Below, one piece after another: positions 58,912 through 64,000 of a stretch of 64,000 nucleotides of DNA; the stretch's first letter is position 1; the number at the start of each line of letters is the position of its first letter. The stretch spans positions 2,208,001-2,272,000 of the forward strand of contig OZ245777.1 in NCBI GenBank assembly GCA_965227775.1, read 5' to 3'. The notes beneath the pieces are model-generated. The model had not been told where the DNA came from and searched no databases. It saw nothing but the letters and a program-made list of their open reading frames with translations. The stretch comes from Phycisphaerales bacterium (lineage in GTDB: Bacteria; Planctomycetota; Phycisphaerae; Phycisphaerales; UBA1924). Made by a program: the position numbers and the translations under genes.

Positions 58912-60026
58912 AGTCCCAGTTCCTCTAGACGCCGCTCGATCGCTCCTACGAACGTGCGGGCCAACTCATCATAGAGCGTCTGGGGCCCGCCGATCGGATC
59001 GTCGACGTCCTCGCCGCTCAGCAGCGTGTGGACCTTGGACCTCTGCTCCTGGGGCAGAAAAGCACGAGCGGCATCGGCGTGGCCGCTGGTCATGGCGTAG
59101 ATGACGTCGGCCTTGTCCAGCAGCTCCGGGCTCGCCGGCTGGCTGCGGTGGCCCGTGAGCGAAGCACCGACCGCCTCGCTGGCCAGAATGGCCTCAGGCG
59201 TGGCCCGAGCGCCGTTCATGGCCGCGACTCCGGCGGAGACCGCGATCGCGCGGTGACCGTGCCCCCGGCGTTCCAGCAGGCTGGTCGCAATGGCTTGGGC
59301 CATCGGGCTGCGGCAGGTGTTGCCGGTGCACACGAACACAATGAGCGTGGCCAGCCGCTCCGTCACCTGCTGGCTCGTCAGGGCGCCCTCGGCCCGCATC
59401 GACCAATCGCCGTCGGGGTGCATGTCGAGCACGGTGCTGTGTCGCTCGTAGCGAGTCGGACCCTCGTCCTGCACGACCGCGATCCCCGCCTTCTCCAGTC
59501 CCTTGGGGCAGGTTCCTGGCGCGGTTGCCGACTCTCCGGTGTCGATGGGCTCGGCAGACGCACCGACGACGGGCCCGCCCGCCTCTTGCAGCGCCATCGC
59601 GGTCCAGGTGTCATCCGGAACGCGCACAAAGAACGCACGGCCTTCCTCACCCTCGGCATCGGCGACGCCCGGCTGCAGCCCAACCGCCGAGACTAACTCG
59701 TGCACGCCCTCGCCGTGCAAACGAAGCGTGATGGGCCCGGGCCACACACGCCGCATGGCGCGGCGCAGCGCGGGAGAGGCCTCGATCGACGCCCGCTCGT
59801 GTGCGGCGAGCACGGCATCGACGCTCGGTGCGTGCCACGTGAGCGTGCCCCAGGTTTCCGCGCGTCGGGGTAGGGCCCGCACGCGATCGACCGCAGCCTG
59901 CAGGTCGCCGCGCGCGAACACGCCATAGACCGTCTCGGTGCGCAAGACGGCCAGTTCGCCGCGATCGAGCGCGGCGGCGGCATCGCGGGCGGTGTCGATT
60001 CGTGTCGGAGACGTCTCTTGGGTCAC
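58908..60026 (-). CDS. TsaC/Sua5-like domain fused to a low-molecular-weight protein phosphatase
   Basis: TETVYG, WPGPIT, VRVP in the N-half; FVCTGNTCRSPMA and DDPIGG in the C-half. Confidence 0.9.
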   Translation of the reverse strand: MTQETSPTRIDTARDAAAALDRGELAVLRTETVYGVFARGDLQAAVDRVRALPRRAETWGTLTWHAPSVDAVLAAHERASIEASPALRRAMRRVWPGPITLRLHGEGVHELVSAVGLQPGVADAEGEEGRAFFVRVPDDTWTAMALQEAGGPVVGASAEPIDTGESATAPGTCPKGLEKAGIAVVQDEGPTRYERHSTVLDMHPDGDWSMRAEGALTSQQVTERLATLIVFVCTGNTCRSPMAQAIATSLLERRGHGHRAIAVSAGVAAMNGARATPEAILASEAVGASLTGHRSQPASPELLDKADVIYAMTSGHADAARAFLPQEQRSKVHTLLSGEDVDDPIGGPQTLYDELARTFVGAIERRLEELGL

Positions 60027-60248
60027 GATGTGATCCTCGATGGGGGGCCACTCAGGGCTTGCGTGCGACTACGGCCCGGCTCTAGACACTATCGGCCGAA
60101 CGGTCGGTCGATCAATGCGGGCGACAGGGGTCGAACCTGCACGGCCTTCCGGCCACGGGAACCTAAATCCCGCGCGTCTGCCAATTCCGCCACGCCCGCG
60201 GCGATAGAGCTGGCCCGATGGTACGGGCCCGGGGCGTAGTGTTGTTCG

Positions 60249-62204
60249 ATGCGATGTTGGACCCTGCTGATGCTGTTCGCGCTCGCCTCGCTGGCGGTCG
60301 CCCGCCAGGCCGAGACCGAGCAGCAGCGATTTGAAGACCTGCAACCCGCTCAGAAGCTCGGCGCCCGCGTGCGGTCGGTCGATCGGGCGGTGGGGGTGGC
60401 GCCTGTCGTAGTCATCGTGCCCGACGAGCGGAGTTTCGTTGCGGCCATCTCCCGCTGGTCGCCGGCCAGCCGATTCCCCGTGCTGCTCGATGATGGCACG
60501 CCCGAGGCGCGCGAGTCAATCGCCCGCTTCGTCAACGCCTTCGATCCGCAGCGTGTCCTGCGATGGGAAGCCGAGGACGGTGGCGAGCCCTGGACGTCGT
60601 CGGTGCGGCGTGAGGCCATCGAGACTGCCGTCGTGTCGGCGTGGGGCGGGAGCCTGCCAGATGATCAAGAAGCCATGCCGGCGTTGATCGAGCGTTGGCG
60701 ATCATTGGATGCGCCGCCGCCGGGCGTGGTGGTGGTGGGGCAGAGCGAGAGTGCTTGGCCTGCGGCGCTCGCGCTCTCGGCCGCCCGCATGCAGCCCATC
60801 GTGTGGCTCAGCGCGCCGGGGGGCATCAACCAGACGATCTCAGAGGCGCAAGCCGACTCGTTCTGTGCGGCGCTCGAGGACTCGCTGACAGCGCTGGGGC
60901 TGGAATGGTCGAAACTCGGCGACGAGATCGACGCTGTCACGCTCTGCATGAACGCGCCCGCGCGTCACGTCAGCGACCAGCATGGCACGACCGCTTTCAC
61001 CGATCGCGTCGGGCGTTCGGGCTCGGCGAGTTCCACCGCGCCGCGTTGGGCGTGGGCGGGTCACATCTTCGGTTCTTCGGCTTTGGCCGCCTCCAAGGCG
61101 ATGGCGTCGATCTTCCTGCGGACGGAGAGCGCGTGGCTATTCGATACCTATCCGAGTAATCCGCCGTGGTCGAACTACGCGCTCGCGCCCGCGGGTGGGA
61201 TGTACGGCCAGATGGGGCTGGTTGTGGAACGCAACGAACCGAACGAGCAGGGCCTGGCCAACTTCCTCGCTCGCGCGGGCGAGCCCGTCGAGGCCCAACT
61301 GGTTGCGATGAACACCAAGGGCCGCATGAGCGAGTTTGCGCTATCGCCCGGCATGGCGGCAGGCCGCGACGTTCCTATCTTGAGCACGCCAGCGGCGGTG
61401 GCGATTGTCCACTCCTTCTCGGCGCAGCGGCCCGGGGTGAAGACGAGCGTTGCCGGCGCGTGGTTGACGCGTGGCGCCTTCGCGTTTCTGGGCTCGGTCG
61501 ACGAACCGGGCTTGCAGAGCTTCGTGCCCCAGTCGATCTACGCGGCCCGACTGGGCTCGCTGTTCCCATTCGGTGCCGCCGGGCGCGAGGACGGGCTGCT
61601 CGAGAACCGCAAGGTGGCTGTATTCGGCGACCCGCTGTGGATGCTCGACCCCCAACCGCGAAAGCCGGCCGAGACAGTACCGGACTTCTCTGGAGCAACG
61701 ACACTCGAGTCGCTGGCCCAGGACGCCGTCGATTCGGGCGACTTGAGCGGCGCGGCGTGGTTGCTGCGCATGGCGGGTCGGCGCGAGACGCTCGTCGATC
61801 TTGCCCTGGCGACGCTTCGCGACGAGCCCGGCCGGGTGGATGAACAGATGGCCGAGGCATCGATCCACGCGCTCTTCGAGGTCGGCGAGCGTCGCGCCGT
61901 CGCGGCGATGTTCGCACGGTTGCCAGCCAATCGCCAGCGCGACGTGGCAATAGAGGACCTTGCCTGGCACGCCCTGCGCCCGTTGCTGCGAGACCGCGAG
62001 GCCGCGGCCACCATGGCCCGCCTTCTCTCACCCCACATGCGCCCGCAGAAGCTGGCCGAAGATGCACGGGAGCTGGCCGAGGCGCTCCAACGAACGGGCA
62101 ACGTGGGCGAGGGACGGACCTTGCTTCGCACCGCACTGAATCGCGCTCGCAACGACGCGGAACGCGATGAGATCGAAGCCGCGTTGGCGAGCCTCGGCGG
62201 CTAG
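60249..62204 (+). CDS. Secreted hypothetical protein
   Basis: 651 aa, signal peptide, GAFAFLGSVDEPGL...FGDPL region, helical C-term. Confidence 0.8.
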   Translation: MRCWTLLMLFALASLAVARQAETEQQRFEDLQPAQKLGARVRSVDRAVGVAPVVVIVPDERSFVAAISRWSPASRFPVLLDDGTPEARESIARFVNAFDPQRVLRWEAEDGGEPWTSSVRREAIETAVVSAWGGSLPDDQEAMPALIERWRSLDAPPPGVVVVGQSESAWPAALALSAARMQPIVWLSAPGGINQTISEAQADSFCAALEDSLTALGLEWSKLGDEIDAVTLCMNAPARHVSDQHGTTAFTDRVGRSGSASSTAPRWAWAGHIFGSSALAASKAMASIFLRTESAWLFDTYPSNPPWSNYALAPAGGMYGQMGLVVERNEPNEQGLANFLARAGEPVEAQLVAMNTKGRMSEFALSPGMAAGRDVPILSTPAAVAIVHSFSAQRPGVKTSVAGAWLTRGAFAFLGSVDEPGLQSFVPQSIYAARLGSLFPFGAAGREDGLLENRKVAVFGDPLWMLDPQPRKPAETVPDFSGATTLESLAQDAVDSGDLSGAAWLLRMAGRRETLVDLALATLRDEPGRVDEQMAEASIHALFEVGERRAVAAMFARLPANRQRDVAIEDLAWHALRPLLRDREAAATMARLLSPHMRPQKLAEDARELAEALQRTGNVGEGRTLLRTALNRARNDAERDEIEAALASLGG

Positions 62205-62827
62205 CGCCTGGTTCGTGCGCGGGCGTTGGTGACCAGAGCGAGCGCCTGGGTAATCGACGCCTCCAGATCTTCGTTCACGAGAAAGTGCTCGTACACCCCG
62301 CTGGCTCTCGCCGCGGCGATCTCGCGTTTTGCTTCGGCGAAGCGGCGTTGGATGGCGCCTTCACTCTCACGCTTGCGGGCGCGAAGTCGATCGAGGAGTT
62401 CGTCCTCGCTGGGTGGCAGCACGAACAGCGCCAGGGCATCGGGCATCCTGGCCTTGATCTGCCGGGCGCCCTCGACATCGATGTCGCAGATGACGACTCG
62501 GCCGCGGCGCAACTGCTCGTCGACCCACGCCCTGGGTGTGCCATAGAGCCGACCAAAGACCTCGGCCCACTCGAGGAACTCGTCGCGATCGATCATCGCG
62601 CGGAACTCGGCCTCATCAACGAAGTGATAGTCCACGCCCTCGACGTCGGCGCTCGTCTGAGCTCGTGTTGTCGCCGAGACGCTAAAGAGTGCGTCGGGAA
62701 TCGCGCGGTCGACCGCTCGCGCGATGGTCGTCTTGCCCACGCCGCTCGGGCCGCTCATGACAACGAGGAGTCCGTCGTCGGTATCGGTCGGCAGTCTGTG
62801 CTTCGGTGGCTGCGTGGGCTCGGACAT
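62201..62827 (-). CDS. gmk: Guanylate kinase
   Basis: SGPSGVGKTT, SVSATTR, GVDYHFV, LYGTP, DIDVEG, LPPS. Confidence 0.95.
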   Translation of the reverse strand: MSEPTQPPKHRLPTDTDDGLLVVMSGPSGVGKTTIARAVDRAIPDALFSVSATTRAQTSADVEGVDYHFVDEAEFRAMIDRDEFLEWAEVFGRLYGTPRAWVDEQLRRGRVVICDIDVEGARQIKARMPDALALFVLPPSEDELLDRLRARKRESEGAIQRRFAEAKREIAAARASGVYEHFLVNEDLEASITQALALVTNARARTRR

Positions 62828-62856
62828 GACCCACTGTAGCGAGCGGTCGGCAGGTT

Positions 62857-63171
62857 TCAGGTGCCGCCTTGGCCGCCGAGCACCTTCGGCACTTGGATGA
62901 ACGCACCGTCCATGCTTGGCGAAATCCTCTCGAGCGCCTCGTGCGGCGATTCGCCGCCGGCAACGTCTTCGGCCAGAGGCGCTTCGAGGTCGCTCGGGTG
63001 AGAGAGCGGCTGCACGTCTGAGAGGTCGATCGCGTCGAGCCCGCGTGCGTGGTCGAGGATCGATGCGAGATCGCGCGTCAGCGCCGGCACGTCGGCGTCG
63101 GACACCTCGAGCCGGGCCAGCCTCGCAACATTGCGGACGTCGATCTCGGAGTGCGGCGTGCCCTTGGACAT
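62857..63171 (-). CDS. gatC: Asp/Glu-tRNA amidotransferase subunit C
   Basis: VRNVARLARL, LASIL, DVQPLSHP, FIQVPKVL. Confidence 0.9.
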   Translation of the reverse strand: MSKGTPHSEIDVRNVARLARLEVSDADVPALTRDLASILDHARGLDAIDLSDVQPLSHPSDLEAPLAEDVAGGESPHEALERISPSMDGAFIQVPKVLGGQGGT

Positions 63172-63185
63172 TTGGGATCGTACGG

Positions 63186-64000
63186 CTAGATCAGCCCGCC
63201 ATCTCGGACAATCGCACGATCGCGATCGCTGCGATCTTCGATCTGGGCGACCTCGTCCTCGGTCATCCAGGGCAGCAGCCGCAGGTGCTCTCGGAGCTTG
63301 TCGGGGAAGGGCTTGTCGAGCCGCTCGTGGCGCGGGCGACTCTTCCAGATGCGGTACATCCACAAGTACTGTTCGGGGGCCTCGCGCACGGCGGTCTCGA
63401 GCGCTCGGCGGTAGCGGGCGGTGAGATAGAACACTGGATCGGGGTGCTCCGACCAGTCTTCGGGCCCGAATGTGTCGTGGATGGTGAAGCGATACCGCGT
63501 ATCGCCGTCGTTGCTGGGGATGCGATGGGCCGCGCCGCAAATGATGACCGCCCCGAACTTCATAGCCAGCAGCCCGATCGACTTGTAGCTGCTGGCCAGT
63601 CGGCCGAAGTACGGCACGAACACGCCACGCTCACCCGCATTCTGATCGGCGACAAAGGCCGGGCATGCTCCCTGCTCCATGAGCTTCGGTAGCTGGTGCA
63701 TGGCGCCGAACTTGTCGACCATGATCACGCCCGGACGGCTGCGCTCGCGGCGGATCCAGCGGTCGAGAGGCTCGAAGTCCATCGGCCGGTAGATCGCGTG
63801 CATTGGAATGCCCAGCAGAGCCGCGGTCGTTGCGAGCACCTCCCAGTTGCCGCAGTGCCCGGTCATGAGGATGCAGGGCCGCCCCGACACGATCGCGTTG
63901 AGCCCGCGCTCGACGTTGTGGAACTCGACGTGGCCTAGCACGCTGTCTGTGCTCATGGTGCGAGGGCTGCGGGCCATCTCGGCACCGAGGAGGAACAGAT
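63186..64000 (-). CDS. LpxL/HtrB-family lysophospholipid acyltransferase (5' truncated)
   Basis: TGHCGNWE, VADQ, VPYFG, PEQYLWMYRIWK. Confidence 0.9.
   Translation of the reverse strand, partial: LFLLGAEMARSPRTMSTDSVLGHVEFHNVERGLNAIVSGRPCILMTGHCGNWEVLATTAALLGIPMHAIYRPMDFEPLDRWIRRERSRPGVIMVDKFGAMHQLPKLMEQGACPAFVADQNAGERGVFVPYFGRLASSYKSIGLLAMKFGAVIICGAAHRIPSNDGDTRYRFTIHDTFGPEDWSEHPDPVFYLTARYRRALETAVREAPEQYLWMYRIWKSRPRHERLDKPFPDKLREHLRLLPWMTEDEVAQIEDRSDRDRAIVRDGGLI

Overview
High-GC bacterial chromosome window. It is most consistent with a Phycisphaerales planctomycete (inference), because five secreted proteins end in a GC-type dockerin-like domain and there is a TsaC-LMW phosphatase fusion. 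Bases 1-9945 look like one end of an integrative element at the 3' end of tRNA-Ser(CGA). This part holds a VirD4/TraD-like coupling ATPase operon, a divergent XRE-HTH/P-loop ATPase/TPR regulator with 11-bp tandem operator-like repeats, an M28 lipopeptidase, a dockerin-tagged beta-propeller protein, a decayed excisionase-like ORF and GGAACTCA repeats near the tRNA. Then come bioY, a YciI + ECF42 sigma pair with its canonical promoter, a DegT aminotransferase, hpt and a beta-helix protein. An uncharacterised helical+FN3-like gene is preceded by a quasi-palindromic array of ten 21-bp units. Two more dockerin proteins (one with a sigma54-type promoter), purQ and DUF1015 follow. A ~11.5 kb Wzx/Wzy-type polysaccharide cluster contains two Cys-less asparagine-synthase-like ligases. 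The rest is mostly housekeeping: pdhA, S41 protease, MFS, tRNA-Arg(CCG) overlapped antisense by nth, nitrilase, yicC, secG, ugd, S8 protease, deoxyhypusine synthase family, an OmpR-type two-component system, nadK, rpiB, gmk, gatC and an LpxL-like acyltransferase. No CRISPR array, rRNA, integrase, transposase or reverse transcriptase was seen. All calls come from motif reading by eye, with no database searches.
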